Assembly (NCBI GenBank): GCA_002494765.1
Contig: DACJ01000105.1
Location: 4,157 to 36,156, forward strand
DNA length: 32,000 nucleotides
Direction: 5' to 3'
Source: Euryarchaeota archaeon UBA186
GTDB lineage: Archaea > Thermoplasmatota > UBA186
Numbering within the stretch: position 1 is the first letter of the stretch; every line of letters starts with the position of its first letter. The translations under genes and the position numbers were made by a program. This document shows, one piece after another, positions 1 to 8,407 of this stretch. The notes beneath the pieces were generated by a model. The model was not told where the DNA came from, made no database searches, and saw only the letters and a list, made by a program, of their open reading frames with translations.

Positions 1-760
1 CCAGTCCATTTATCGTGGCTTCAACTTGTCGGGCCCCAGCCCTCACACCCGCTAACGAGTTTGCCACCGCCAAACCGAGGTCGTCATGGCAATGTACTGA
101 TAGAGGGATACTAGTCACTTTTTTCGCCTCTTTAATAATATTGGACATCTTGGATGAGGATGAAACACCTACTGTGTCGGGCAGGTTTATCCGGTCGGCT
201 CCCGCATCTTGGGCGGCTATGCACATCTCCTTGAGGAAATTCACATCCGTTCTCGTGGCATCTTCGCAGGAAAATTCTACTTTAACCCCGTGCGATTTCG
301 CGTATTCTATTGAAGAAACCGCCCTACTCTTCACCTCCTCTCTCTTCATTTTCAGCTTATTCTTGAGATGGATGTCGGAGGTGGCTATGAATATATGGGC
401 TAGATCGACGTCGCAATCCAATACGGCTTCCACATCTTGGGTATCGGTCCTAGCCAAACCACATATCTCGGCATTCAACCGGGCATGTGCGATCTGTTTT
501 ACCGCCTCCCTTTCTCCCCTAGATGAGATCGGAAACCCAGCTTCGATCGTATCGACTCCGAGTTCATCCAGCGCCTTTGCGATGGTCAGCTTTTCCTCGG
601 TCGTTAAGAAGACCCTCGGAGTCTGTTCCCCATCTCTGAGAGTAGTGTCAAATATCCTTACCCTCTGTGAACTCCAGTTTTTAGAGTGACCTCTCCTTCT
701 CGTACTTCCCCTGGGCACGACATCACGCGGCAAACTTCCCATATTCTTTTCAAAACCCAT
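1..760 (-). CDS. LeuA/CimA/AksA-family synthase (2-isopropylmalate / citramalate / homocitrate synthase), N-terminal ~250 aa; gene runs off the window start
   Basis: Absent from the ORF track because it is open at the window edge. Own translation of the minus strand from ATG 760: MGFEKNMGSLPRD..VRIFDTTLRDGEQTP..IEAGFPISS..EFSCEDATRTD..INLPDTVG..HCHDDLGLAVANSLAGVRAGARQVEATINGL. These are the DRE-TIM metallolyase motifs of this family. GGAGGTG lies ~6 nt upstream of the ATG. Alternative ATG at 742. Track ORF 15..689(+) is its antisense shadow. Confidence 0.85.
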   Translation of the reverse strand, partial: MGFEKNMGSLPRDVVPRGSTRRRGHSKNWSSQRVRIFDTTLRDGEQTPRVFLTTEEKLTIAKALDELGVDTIEAGFPISSRGEREAVKQIAHARLNAEICGLARTDTQDVEAVLDCDVDLAHIFIATSDIHLKNKLKMKREEVKSRAVSSIEYAKSHGVKVEFSCEDATRTDVNFLKEMCIAAQDAGADRINLPDTVGVSSSSKMSNIIKEAKKVTSIPLSVHCHDDLGLAVANSLAGVRAGARQVEATINGL

Positions 761-914
761 CACAAACACCTCCAAAAACCAAACAAAAGAGAGGCTCGAT
801 TAGTGACTAATCAAACTAACCAAGACTACCAAACCCAAAACAAGCAAGGACTCACATCCTATCCTGGTAGCCAATTCCACGTTCTTCATTGTTCACCGAC
901 TAATATTGGATTGG

Positions 915-923
915 TATATAAAA
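915..923 (-). promoter_or_regulatory. TATA-box-like element (TTTTATATA) upstream of the LeuA-family leader and uORF
   Basis: AT-rich nonamer on the minus strand, centred ~30 nt upstream of the uORF ATG at 889. This is the spacing expected for an archaeal TATA box driving a (near-)leaderless transcript. Confidence 0.35.
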
Positions 924-959
924 GTATCGATCTCCGTTTTGAAGGTTGGATAAAAGCGG

Positions 960-2420
960 TTAGGTCCGCATCTTCTGCCCAAATCTCGCCGCGAAGTCTA
1001 TCTCCTCCCAGATCTCGTCCCATTTGTTTGAAGCTAGCCTGAAGAAGATGTAATAAAAAACTAAGCCCATCAATATTAATACTGGAGCCGCTATGTAAAA
1101 TGGAATCAATTCAGGTAAAATCATGGCAGGTATGAACGTGAGAAAAGAACCCCAGGTGCTAAGCATGTAACCCACTTTTTTGAACTTGAGCGATGCCCAT
1201 ATCATGTAAGGTGGGATCATAATGGCGATGGCGAGTATGCCAGGTAAGAGCCACAGATTCGCCCTCCCAATGATTAACAGTATCGCGGCTATGGGCAGAT
1301 AAACCATCGATAGAGAAACCAATATCTTCAGCATGGACGATATCACCTTCTTCCCGCTCAGGTCCAAAGATTTCAGGATCCACATCCTCTCGTTTACCAG
1401 AATTTGCTGAGTCAACGTTTGAGATGATATCATTATCAAAAAGCCGGCGAAAAACGGCATCATGGATCCACCTGAAGACGAGAGAAAAATCCCCAAAACA
1501 ATGTAGATGGCTGCAGTCATCAGGGGATAGAGATAGACCCTTTTCCTCTTTATTAAAAGGAGATCCTTCGAAGCCAGGGGGTCCCTCATTTTCTTTCTTG
1601 TGTATCTTTTACCTTTTACGATCTTTGGTTTGTATTCATACTCATAGCCTATAGAGGCCCAGGAGACCAGAAGGATGAGGGTCAACAGAATGGCCCCAGA
1701 TGCTAAAAATTGCGCCAGTCTAAAGGAACCAACCATCGAGCCTATCAGGACCCTGGCCAGAAAGGTGGTAGGTAGAATATCGTATAAAACATTCAGTTGG
1801 GGGTTATCTGTCAGAGGGGAGGCGATTATCAACACAGTTATCACGACGAGTATTGCGTATACGGCGATAGGCACCACTTTCTTTCCCTTTTTTAAACCTA
1901 TGGTGATTAGCGAGGCTATCGAATCCATCATCAGAACGAAGATCGTCAAGGTGATAGGGAACAGGACCATGTGCCAGAGAGCTTCATTAAGGGTCGTAAG
2001 GGTCAGGGCCGGGACGAGCATCAGGGGTGCGGTAAAGACGAGGGCAAAGAGGGCGTACTCCAATGTATGAGCCCAAACGTACTGGCTGGTCGTCACCCCA
2101 GTGGTGAATATCCAATTGGCATCTTTCTCCTTGATTCCAAGCCCTGCCCCCATTGTTCCTCCCACCACATTCATAACCAGGAAGAACCATAGTATCATCG
2201 ACACGACAAATGTAGTCAGTGGATCACCAAGCCCACCACTCTCCGCTACCCCGGGCATCACGAAGAAGATCCAGACGAACTGGCTTCCATATATGAGTGC
2301 CATGAAGAGGAGGATTCCCAGAAAAGATCTCTTTGTGTACTGGCTGCTCACCATCCTGATGGCTTCTTTTGCCTTATATCTTGCAACGGTCGTTATGGCA
2401 TTAGCTTTTTTTGTTTTCAC
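960..2420 (-). CDS. ABC-2-type transporter permease (polytopic membrane protein), substrate unknown
   Basis: 486-aa ORF made almost entirely of hydrophobic helices (roughly 10-12). Its GTG start overlaps the TGA of the upstream ABC ATPase gene (GTGA at 2417-2420), implying translational coupling. Stop TAA. Confidence 0.6.
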   Translation of the reverse strand: MKTKKANAITTVARYKAKEAIRMVSSQYTKRSFLGILLFMALIYGSQFVWIFFVMPGVAESGGLGDPLTTFVVSMILWFFLVMNVVGGTMGAGLGIKEKDANWIFTTGVTTSQYVWAHTLEYALFALVFTAPLMLVPALTLTTLNEALWHMVLFPITLTIFVLMMDSIASLITIGLKKGKKVVPIAVYAILVVITVLIIASPLTDNPQLNVLYDILPTTFLARVLIGSMVGSFRLAQFLASGAILLTLILLVSWASIGYEYEYKPKIVKGKRYTRKKMRDPLASKDLLLIKRKRVYLYPLMTAAIYIVLGIFLSSSGGSMMPFFAGFLIMISSQTLTQQILVNERMWILKSLDLSGKKVISSMLKILVSLSMVYLPIAAILLIIGRANLWLLPGILAIAIMIPPYMIWASLKFKKVGYMLSTWGSFLTFIPAMILPELIPFYIAAPVLILMGLVFYYIFFRLASNKWDEIWEEIDFAARFGQKMRT

Positions 2421-3139
2421 TCTCTTTCTCCCTCGGTGAGCTTGAGAAACACGTCCTCCAGGGTGGCTCTCTCTCCGGATCTAGATTTTTTCTTCAGATC
2501 TTCCAGATTACCCTTAGCCAGTATACTTCCCCTACTTATTATCGCAACGCGATCGCAGAACCTTTCCGCCACGTCAAGGATGTGCGTCGAAACCAGTGCT
2601 ACCCCCCCCTTATCGGCATAGCTTTTCATTAGATTTCTCACCGCCCGCTGACTTTTGGGGTCCAGTCCCATCAAAGGCTCATCCCCTATGAGCACTTTGG
2701 GCTCGTGCACGGTAGCGCAAGCTATAGCCACCTTTTGTTTCATCCCTCTTGATAAGGTAGAGACCATCTCATCCGATTTGTCGTTCAAATTCATGAACTC
2801 AAGCAAATAATCCACTCTGTTGTCGAGATCCTCAACCCCTCTCAACTTTCCCACGAAATAAAGGTGTTCATAGACGGTAAGGTGCTCATAGAGGTTGGCC
2901 TCTTCGGGTATGTAACCCATCAACCCCTTCCATGTCCAGTTCTCCTTAGAGAGCACTTTTATCGTTCCACTATCGGGCTTTAGGAGCCCTGTCAACATCC
3001 TTATGGTGGTGGTTTTCCCAGCGCCGTTCGGGCCCAACAAGCCGAATATCTGTCCGCCCTCTATGCTTAGGTTGAGGTAATCGACCGCCCTCAGCCCGTT
3101 AAACGATTTAACGAGATCTCTGATCTCTATTGCTGGCAT
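2417..3139 (-). CDS. ABC transporter ATP-binding protein (ABC-2/DrrA-like subfamily)
   Basis: Walker [10 protein letters not shown], signature LSRGMKQK, Walker B VLIGDEP, H-loop STH. Start placed at ATG 3139 ([13 protein letters not shown].., the usual N-terminus of this family). The ORF-track start is 3172. Confidence 0.9.
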   Translation of the reverse strand: MPAIEIRDLVKSFNGLRAVDYLNLSIEGGQIFGLLGPNGAGKTTTIRMLTGLLKPDSGTIKVLSKENWTWKGLMGYIPEEANLYEHLTVYEHLYFVGKLRGVEDLDNRVDYLLEFMNLNDKSDEMVSTLSRGMKQKVAIACATVHEPKVLIGDEPLMGLDPKSQRAVRNLMKSYADKGGVALVSTHILDVAERFCDRVAIISRGSILAKGNLEDLKKKSRSGERATLEDVFLKLTEGERE

Positions 3140-3160
3140 ATGAACGCAGAATGCTGACCG

Positions 3161-3168
3161 ATATTTAA
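3161..3168 (-). promoter_or_regulatory. TATA-box-like element (TTAAATAT) for the ABC operon
   Basis: Minus-strand TTAAATAT centred ~25 nt upstream of ATG 3139, consistent with a leaderless mRNA starting at or near that ATG. Confidence 0.4.
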
Positions 3169-3287
3169 GCATACAGCCTAATCAGGCAGATCGCAGACCT
3201 TCTCAGACGTTATGAGCTGTTGAATTCATCGACAGTCGGAGCTATAAGTTTAGAGCGCGACATATCAGCTCGCGTTTACCTTCCTAG

Positions 3288-4154
3288 CTACTCCTTAACG
3301 GACTTATCGTTTCCGCCCCTCGATTGCTTTTCTAAGAGATCTCTCATCTGCTTTTGCAGCTCAACCTGCTCCCTCTGGTAGACCGTCATGGTACTTTCCT
3401 GAATGAGATTTTCAAGCAGCGTCTTAACGTCATCATATGGTTTTACACCATGCAGTTCATAATAACTCCTGGTCATTGGAGTTTGGATTCCCTTTCCTCC
3501 GCCTGCAAATACTTTCCCGCCTATCTTCTTCCCCGCTTCAAGACCGCCACCTGCAAAAGTGACTTCCTCCCCCAGACCGAAACCCGATTTGGTTATCGGG
3601 ATTATCGTTCCGAACCCAAAGATCCTCCCCAGTATCCCCTGTGAACTCTCTATATCAGTTATTCCATCATATCTCAAGGTCCTCTCTCTTTTTTTTAGGA
3701 TTCCCCCTCTGAAGATCAGGCGAAAATTGGTTATGAAGTAGCGGTGTGATCTTCTATAGATGTCCACTAATAAGAACCCCATTACCGAAACTATCGCCGA
3801 ATAGATCGATATAAACCATATGTAATCGGTTTGTAACCCCTCCCAATACATCAATACAGTACCGCATGCCAATACGCCCAAATAAATGAAGAATATGCGC
3901 CACCTCACCAATAAAAGTGAGGCGACAACGCCGCCGGCGAGAAGGACGACCCACCAGATTACGAGCGCTACAATCTGCGTTCCGGCACCCAACCAGTTTT
4001 CAATACCCGGCCAATATTGAGAGTGTACTAGCCAGAAGAAAACTATCCCCCAAACGAGGATGAAAAGGCACGGGGACTGCAAACTCATGAGTGATATTGG
4101 ATGTGGAATGACCTCTTTTTGGATCTTTTCACCCTTTAGAAGTGCTACCTTCAT
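3288..4154 (-). CDS. Membrane protein with bacterial-type PH domain (bPH_2 / YdbS-YdbT-like)
   Basis: About four N-terminal TM helices, then FITNFRLIFRGGILKKRERTLRYDGITDIESSQGILGRIFGFGTI, typical of membrane-flanked PH (DUF304) domains. Gly-rich linker and charged C-terminal helix. Stop TAG. Confidence 0.6.
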   Translation of the reverse strand: MKVALLKGEKIQKEVIPHPISLMSLQSPCLFILVWGIVFFWLVHSQYWPGIENWLGAGTQIVALVIWWVVLLAGGVVASLLLVRWRIFFIYLGVLACGTVLMYWEGLQTDYIWFISIYSAIVSVMGFLLVDIYRRSHRYFITNFRLIFRGGILKKRERTLRYDGITDIESSQGILGRIFGFGTIIPITKSGFGLGEEVTFAGGGLEAGKKIGGKVFAGGGKGIQTPMTRSYYELHGVKPYDDVKTLLENLIQESTMTVYQREQVELQKQMRDLLEKQSRGGNDKSVKE

Positions 4155-4266
4155 GACCTCTAGAAAATAGCTTTTTGGTATTTAGTGCTTTGGTTAAAGC
4201 AGATTTATGGGCGGACCCTGTAAGGCAGCGGAAAAAGAAGGAGAAACTCCCACCTAATCTACCAGT

Positions 4267-4299
4267 CCCCCTCCTCTCCCTTCTAACCCTCACCCCCCC
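4267..4299 (-). other. Canonical G-quadruplex motif on the minus strand (G7-N3-G3-N6-G3-N6-G5)
   Basis: The plus strand reads CCCCC-tcctct-CCC-ttctaa-CCC-tca-CCCCCCC. It lies in the divergent intergenic region ~115-145 nt upstream of the PH-domain gene ATG (4154). Confidence 0.4.
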
Positions 4300-4339
4300 T
4301 TGAGTTTACATACCTTGTATAACGATAAAGAAATACCTA

Positions 4340-4630
4340 TTGTGGGCATCATTGTTCTGCATAATTGCAATTTTAACTATTGTAATTCTCTCTTCATCTC
4401 CATTATTGAACTGGCCCATGGAAGTGCGTAGATATCTAATGGCTTTTGGGCTCTGGCTTCCTGTGATTCCTTTAAGCTTCTTTTTACTCTATGTTGGAAT
4501 AAAACAATACAAAAGTAAGTCGCTGATGAGTTATCGGATGTCGACCGGTGATCCTCTCTTAGTTCTCTCTTCCCCATTCTTTGTAAGAGGTGATCTAAGA
4601 CAGATTAATACAAATAGAAAAATAAAATAG
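4340..4630 (+). CDS. Hypothetical small membrane protein (2-3 TM)
   Basis: 96-codon ORF with a TTG start, hydrophobic N-terminal two thirds, and a tandem TAG-TAG stop. No recognisable motif, so coding status is uncertain. Confidence 0.3.
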   Translation: MWASLFCIIAILTIVILSSSPLLNWPMEVRRYLMAFGLWLPVIPLSFFLLYVGIKQYKSKSLMSYRMSTGDPLLVLSSPFFVRGDLRQINTNRKIK

Positions 4631-4679
4631 TAGTCCCCCATATTCTTTACATCTATCGTCTTTTGGTTCTATCAGGAGA

Positions 4680-5669
4680 TCAATAAGGATTTGGTCCCGT
4701 AACGATTGGATTTTCTGGATATGCGCTCCACTCCGTGAAAGATCCCTCGTAGATTCTGACATCGGGATATCCGAAATACCATTTTAGGAGGACGAATTCG
4801 GCTGTTGCTTCTCTACTGGTGCCACACGAACAGATGATTGTCTTGTCGGGTGTAATCCCATGTTCTTCGAGAATTGAGGTTATCTCCGCGTCAGGTTTTA
4901 GGAGACGTGCGTTATCATCATCCATGAGGCTTACCCACGGAAGATTGACAGCTCCGGGGATGTGCCCTGGTTTGATCCATGGGCCCTGTCCCTCATAATG
5001 TCTAGCGGGCCTCGCATCGAGGAGGACGACGTCATCATTATCTTTTATTTCCTTCAACTCTTCCATGCCGATGGCGTATTCATCCGATCTGTCGACAACC
5101 TGAAAGCGGGACGATTCAACCTCGAGGAATACTTTCGTCAGAGGCCTTCCATCTTCTCTCCATTTGTCCAGGCCTCCATCAAGCACGTATACGTTGCTGT
5201 GCCCGTATCTCGCAAGACAGTATGCTGCATGCGTCTGTTCGAGACCGTTTCCCAATCCCGTGAATGCCCCTGTCCCCGTATACACAACTACGGGGACGTC
5301 GGGATCTAGACCCATACTCTGGAAGCTCGGTTCGATGGCTTCGGGAGGGACGTACGCAGCTGGATTTCGACCGCTCTGGACACGCAGCAGACCCTCGTTC
5401 ATGTAGATCGCGCCTGGAATGTGCTCCATTATGTAATCATGGACGTTTGGCTGTACATCTAGTATCATAATTTTGTCATTTAAGTGCTCTTCCAGCCAGT
5501 CCGTTGAGACCCACTTCACTACCCCCTCACCTGCAGGATAGGAGTAGTCTCTTTCCATTTTCAAACCCTGTATGGGGTCCTCCAGACTCCCTATCACCGC
5601 CGAAATCGCACCGGCTAATAGCAGTGCAAAGGTCAGCAGCAATACGGTTATACTATTTTTTTTCCACAT
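4680..5669 (-). CDS. Tandem-rhodanese sulfurtransferase (thiosulfate/3-mercaptopyruvate sulfurtransferase-like) with N-terminal signal/anchor
   Basis: Two rhodanese-like domains. The active-site loop is ..[11 protein letters not shown].. in the second. N-terminal hydrophobic segment [31 protein letters not shown] lies ~30 nt upstream of the ATG. Confidence 0.85.
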   Translation of the reverse strand: MWKKNSITVLLLTFALLLAGAISAVIGSLEDPIQGLKMERDYSYPAGEGVVKWVSTDWLEEHLNDKIMILDVQPNVHDYIMEHIPGAIYMNEGLLRVQSGRNPAAYVPPEAIEPSFQSMGLDPDVPVVVYTGTGAFTGLGNGLEQTHAAYCLARYGHSNVYVLDGGLDKWREDGRPLTKVFLEVESSRFQVVDRSDEYAIGMEELKEIKDNDDVVLLDARPARHYEGQGPWIKPGHIPGAVNLPWVSLMDDDNARLLKPDAEITSILEEHGITPDKTIICSCGTSREATAEFVLLKWYFGYPDVRIYEGSFTEWSAYPENPIVTGPNPY

Positions 5670-5774
5670 ATGCCAATAATAAATGCAGTGCCAACTATAT
5701 ATAATTTTTTGCGAATCTATTGATTTAGGGATTACCTAGATCTGGAGAGAATTTCGATTATGCCATCACAGCAG

Positions 5775-6896
5775 CTAGAGGAACATCCTCTGCTCTTCTC
5801 CCTCCCCCTCCTTCTTTTTTAAGACCTTCTCCACAGCTTTGAGAAAGTCCATCATCTCAACTCTCCCCTTCCCATCCCTGATGGCGAATATGCCGGCCTC
5901 CATGCATATGGCCTTTATATCCGCCCCGCTAGCCCCTTCGCTCACCGTGGCGAGCATTTTGATGTCAATCCCACTACTGCTCATCCTCCTCAGATGAACT
6001 TTGAGTATCTCTTCCCTTCCCACAGTGTTGGGGAGGGGCACCTCGATCACCCTGTCGAACCTTCCCGGTCTCAGTATGGCCGGGTCGAGCATGTCTACTC
6101 TATTAGTGGCTCCAATTATCTTTATCTCCCCCCTATCATCGAAGCCGTCCATCTCGGATAACAATTGCATCATGGTTCGTTGAACTTCCCTATCTCCGGA
6201 CGCGTCTTCATACCTGGCAGAGGCTATCGTATCGAGCTCGTCTATGAAGATTATGGTGGGGCTCTTCTTCTTAGCCAGTTCGAAGACTTCCCTGATCAAC
6301 CTGGCCCCCTCCCCTATGTACTTCTGCACGAGCTCCGAACCCACGATCCTCATAAACGTGGCACCAGTTTCATGGGCTACCGCCTTTGCAAGAAGAGTCT
6401 TTCCAGTCCCTGGAGGCCCGTATAGTAATACGCCGCCTGGCGGCTCGATTCCTATTGTTTTGAAGACCTGTGGTTTGCAAAGCGGAAGCTCCACCGTCTC
6501 CTTTATCTCCATGATCTGAGTAGCCAGTCCGCCGATGTCCCTAAATGACACCTTAGGGCTGTTGATAATCTCCATGCCGTGAACCGCGGGATCCACGGTT
6601 GAAGGCAAAACCCCCACAATAACCGATGAGCCCTGATTAAGGGCCACCCTCGTCCCAGGTCTGAGGTTCTTCGATCCAGGAAAATCCAAAACGCTCACGA
6701 GAAGAGTGGGGCCAGCGCTCGATTTAACCACAGCGCGTCCCTTGTCGATTACTTCTACTATGACCCCTACGAGATGAGGAGGCATCCTAACCTGTTCCAA
6801 TCTGATCCTAAGATATGCATTCTCGGCCTTGATCTTCGCGAGTTCTTTGGTAAGATCGCATTCGTCTATGTTCGATTGACTTGCTTGAGCTTCCAT
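5775..6896 (-). CDS. pan: Proteasome-activating nucleotidase (PAN, Rpt-like AAA+ ATPase)
   Basis: N-terminal coiled coil ([18 protein letters not shown]) and an OB region. Walker A GPPGTGKT, Walker B IIFIDELD, second region of homology [25 protein letters not shown] lies 9 nt upstream of the ATG. Stop TAG. Confidence 0.9.
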   Translation of the reverse strand: MEAQASQSNIDECDLTKELAKIKAENAYLRIRLEQVRMPPHLVGVIVEVIDKGRAVVKSSAGPTLLVSVLDFPGSKNLRPGTRVALNQGSSVIVGVLPSTVDPAVHGMEIINSPKVSFRDIGGLATQIMEIKETVELPLCKPQVFKTIGIEPPGGVLLYGPPGTGKTLLAKAVAHETGATFMRIVGSELVQKYIGEGARLIREVFELAKKKSPTIIFIDELDTIASARYEDASGDREVQRTMMQLLSEMDGFDDRGEIKIIGATNRVDMLDPAILRPGRFDRVIEVPLPNTVGREEILKVHLRRMSSSGIDIKMLATVSEGASGADIKAICMEAGIFAIRDGKGRVEMMDFLKAVEKVLKKKEGEGEEQRMFL

Positions 6897-6921
6897 TTCG
6901 GAGTTCTCCTTATAGTAATAT
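6896..6921. repeat. Direct repeat copy 1 (26 nt, TTTCGGAGTTCTCCTTATAGTAATAT); it is the SD/leader of PAN
   Basis: 25/26 identical to 7301..7326. On the minus strand it reads ATATTACTATAAGGAGAACTCCGAA-A(TG) and runs into the PAN start codon. Confidence 0.8.
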
Positions 6922-7032
6922 CTTATTTTAGATACTTAAGCCTTACGGATGACTCAGTATCTCCGATGGGAAAAAACAGGCAGAATAGGAGGCTTGTGAG
7001 AGTTCTGTAGAGCTTCTCCCTGTTTAACTCAT

Positions 7033-7185
7033 TCATATGATCACCAGATAGACCTCTCTTCCCAGGTACTTCTTTGGGCAATCCACTTTGGCCGAATTAC
7101 CGAATGGCGTTACCTTTCTGACAATGAATCCTTCGATGTTATCGATCTCCAAATGGTTGGTAACTTGGAGCCTTACTTTTTTCAT
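7033..7185 (-). CDS. Small protein, 50 aa, resembling the archaeal DUF2080 (putative transposon-encoded protein) / AbrB-SpoVT-like beta-barrel pattern
   Basis: Below the ORF-track size cutoff. Own translation: MKKVRLQVTNHLEIDNIEGFIVRKVTPFGNSAKVDCPKKYLGREVYLVII*. The ..K.V.PFGNSaki..PK.w.G+.V.v.. pattern is what I remember for DUF2080; this is from memory and not searched. Confidence 0.4.
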   Translation of the reverse strand: MKKVRLQVTNHLEIDNIEGFIVRKVTPFGNSAKVDCPKKYLGREVYLVII

Positions 7186-7300
7186 AGGATGTCCTAAAGA
7201 TATCCTAAGCTGGAAAAGTTTGTATCCAAAATCTGAAAAAGTGCGAGTAAAATAACGTCAAAAGGTAGCTAGAGGTTCTTATCACTGTATCACGAAGTTC

Positions 7301-7326
7301 TTTCGGGGTTCTCCTTATAGTAATAT
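7301..7326. repeat. Direct repeat copy 2 (TTTCGGGGTTCTCCTTATAGTAATAT)
   Basis: 25/26 identical to 6896..6921 and 405 nt away. On the minus strand the SD-like AAGGAG is followed by AGA instead of ATG, so no ORF starts here. Confidence 0.8.
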
Positions 7327-7368
7327 TTATCATCTGTGATATATATACTTTATCTAGGAGTTGATCCG

Positions 7369-7830
7369 ATGAACTGTGAAATGTGTGGTGCCGATGTCGA
7401 TTCTCCGATAACCGTGAAGGTGGAGGGAATCGAGATGAAGGTGTGCAGAAAATGCGCTAAATATGGAGTCACGATTTACAAAGCCGGAAATGGAGCAGCT
7501 GTGGCCCATGATGAGGGAGGAGGAAGGGTAAGAGAGTCCGAAAGAGGAGTTGAAGAGAGGTTGAAGAAAAAAGGAGGAAGAAGTGAAGGAGCTAGAAGGG
7601 ATATATTCGACAAAATGGTCTACGATCTCGCGGAGAACTACGGTGAACGGATAAGGGGAGCTAGGGAGTCGATGGGGTTGACGCAGGAGGAACTTGCCAA
7701 ACGCATCAATGAGAGGAGATCCGTACTAGCGAAACTCGAGACGGGAGATATGAGGCCTGATGAAAAGATCGCCAAGAAGCTAGAGAAGATCCTGAGCATA
7801 GATCTTAAAGAGGACTATGAGGAGGTATAG
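7369..7830 (+). CDS. mbf1: Archaeal multiprotein-bridging factor 1 (aMBF1): zinc ribbon plus HTH
   Basis: N-terminal CEMCG..CRKC zinc ribbon and C-terminal cro/C1-type HTH GLTQEELAKRINERRSVLAKLETG. Start placed at ATG 7369, with TAGGAG 8 nt upstream; the track start is 7336. Stop TAG. Confidence 0.85.
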   Translation: MNCEMCGADVDSPITVKVEGIEMKVCRKCAKYGVTIYKAGNGAAVAHDEGGGRVRESERGVEERLKKKGGRSEGARRDIFDKMVYDLAENYGERIRGARESMGLTQEELAKRINERRSVLAKLETGDMRPDEKIAKKLEKILSIDLKEDYEEV

Positions 7831-8407
7831 AAGAGACGAGGGAGCGAATTGGGGAGACGTCCAGGAGGGGATAGAAACCCTTAGGGAAGGGGGGGTAATA
7901 GTATATCCGACCGACACCCTCTATGGGCTGGGATGCTCATGCGAGGAGTGCATGGAGAGGGTCTTTGAGATAAAGGGAAGACGCGAAAAGATTTCTCTCG
8001 TTTTCCCGAAAGTCGAATCTGCGATCGATTTTTTGGCCTCGAAAGAAGCTGAATTCGATCGCAAGCCAATTAAAGAATTTCTGCCAGGACCATTCACATT
8101 CGTGATCTGGGGTTACGGAATAAGAGTGCCAGAGTGCGAGATCGCCTTATCCCTGGCAAAGGGTGGTGGGCCCCTGACAGCCACGAGTGCCAACCATCAT
8201 AATGGAAAACCTCCGATCACGGCTAAGCAGGCCTGCTCAGAGCTTGGAGAGCGGGTGGACTTATATATAGATGGAGGAGTCACCAGATATAAAGGTCCGT
8301 CTACGGTGGTGGAGATCAAGGACGGAAAAGTATCTATATTGAGAAACGGTGTGGGCGATTCGTGGAGAAGTCCGAAAGGGAGAACTATAGGGGAGCTGGC
8401 AAGATAG
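7817..8407 (+). CDS. tsaC: L-threonylcarbamoyladenylate synthase, YrdC-domain-only form (TsaC/Sua5 family)
   Basis: Motifs VIVYPTDTLYGLGC, KGRREK.SLVF and LTATSAN. 196 aa with no C-terminal Sua5 domain. Overlaps mbf1 by 14 nt. Confidence 0.85.
   Translation: MRRYRRDEGANWGDVQEGIETLREGGVIVYPTDTLYGLGCSCEECMERVFEIKGRREKISLVFPKVESAIDFLASKEAEFDRKPIKEFLPGPFTFVIWGYGIRVPECEIALSLAKGGGPLTATSANHHNGKPPITAKQACSELGERVDLYIDGGVTRYKGPSTVVEIKDGKVSILRNGVGDSWRSPKGRTIGELAR

Noticed and set aside
15-689. 224-aa plus-strand ORF at the window start
   Set aside because: It is the antisense shadow of the LeuA-family gene. The minus strand here translates into unmistakable DRE-TIM synthase motifs, while the plus-strand product is low-complexity Ser/Ala/Thr-rich with no motif.
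686-1042. 118-aa plus-strand ORF across the leuA leader region
   Set aside because: Its composition is biased (Q/T/K/P-rich). It overlaps the minus-strand promoter and uORF and the 3' end of the permease gene. It has no start context and no motif.
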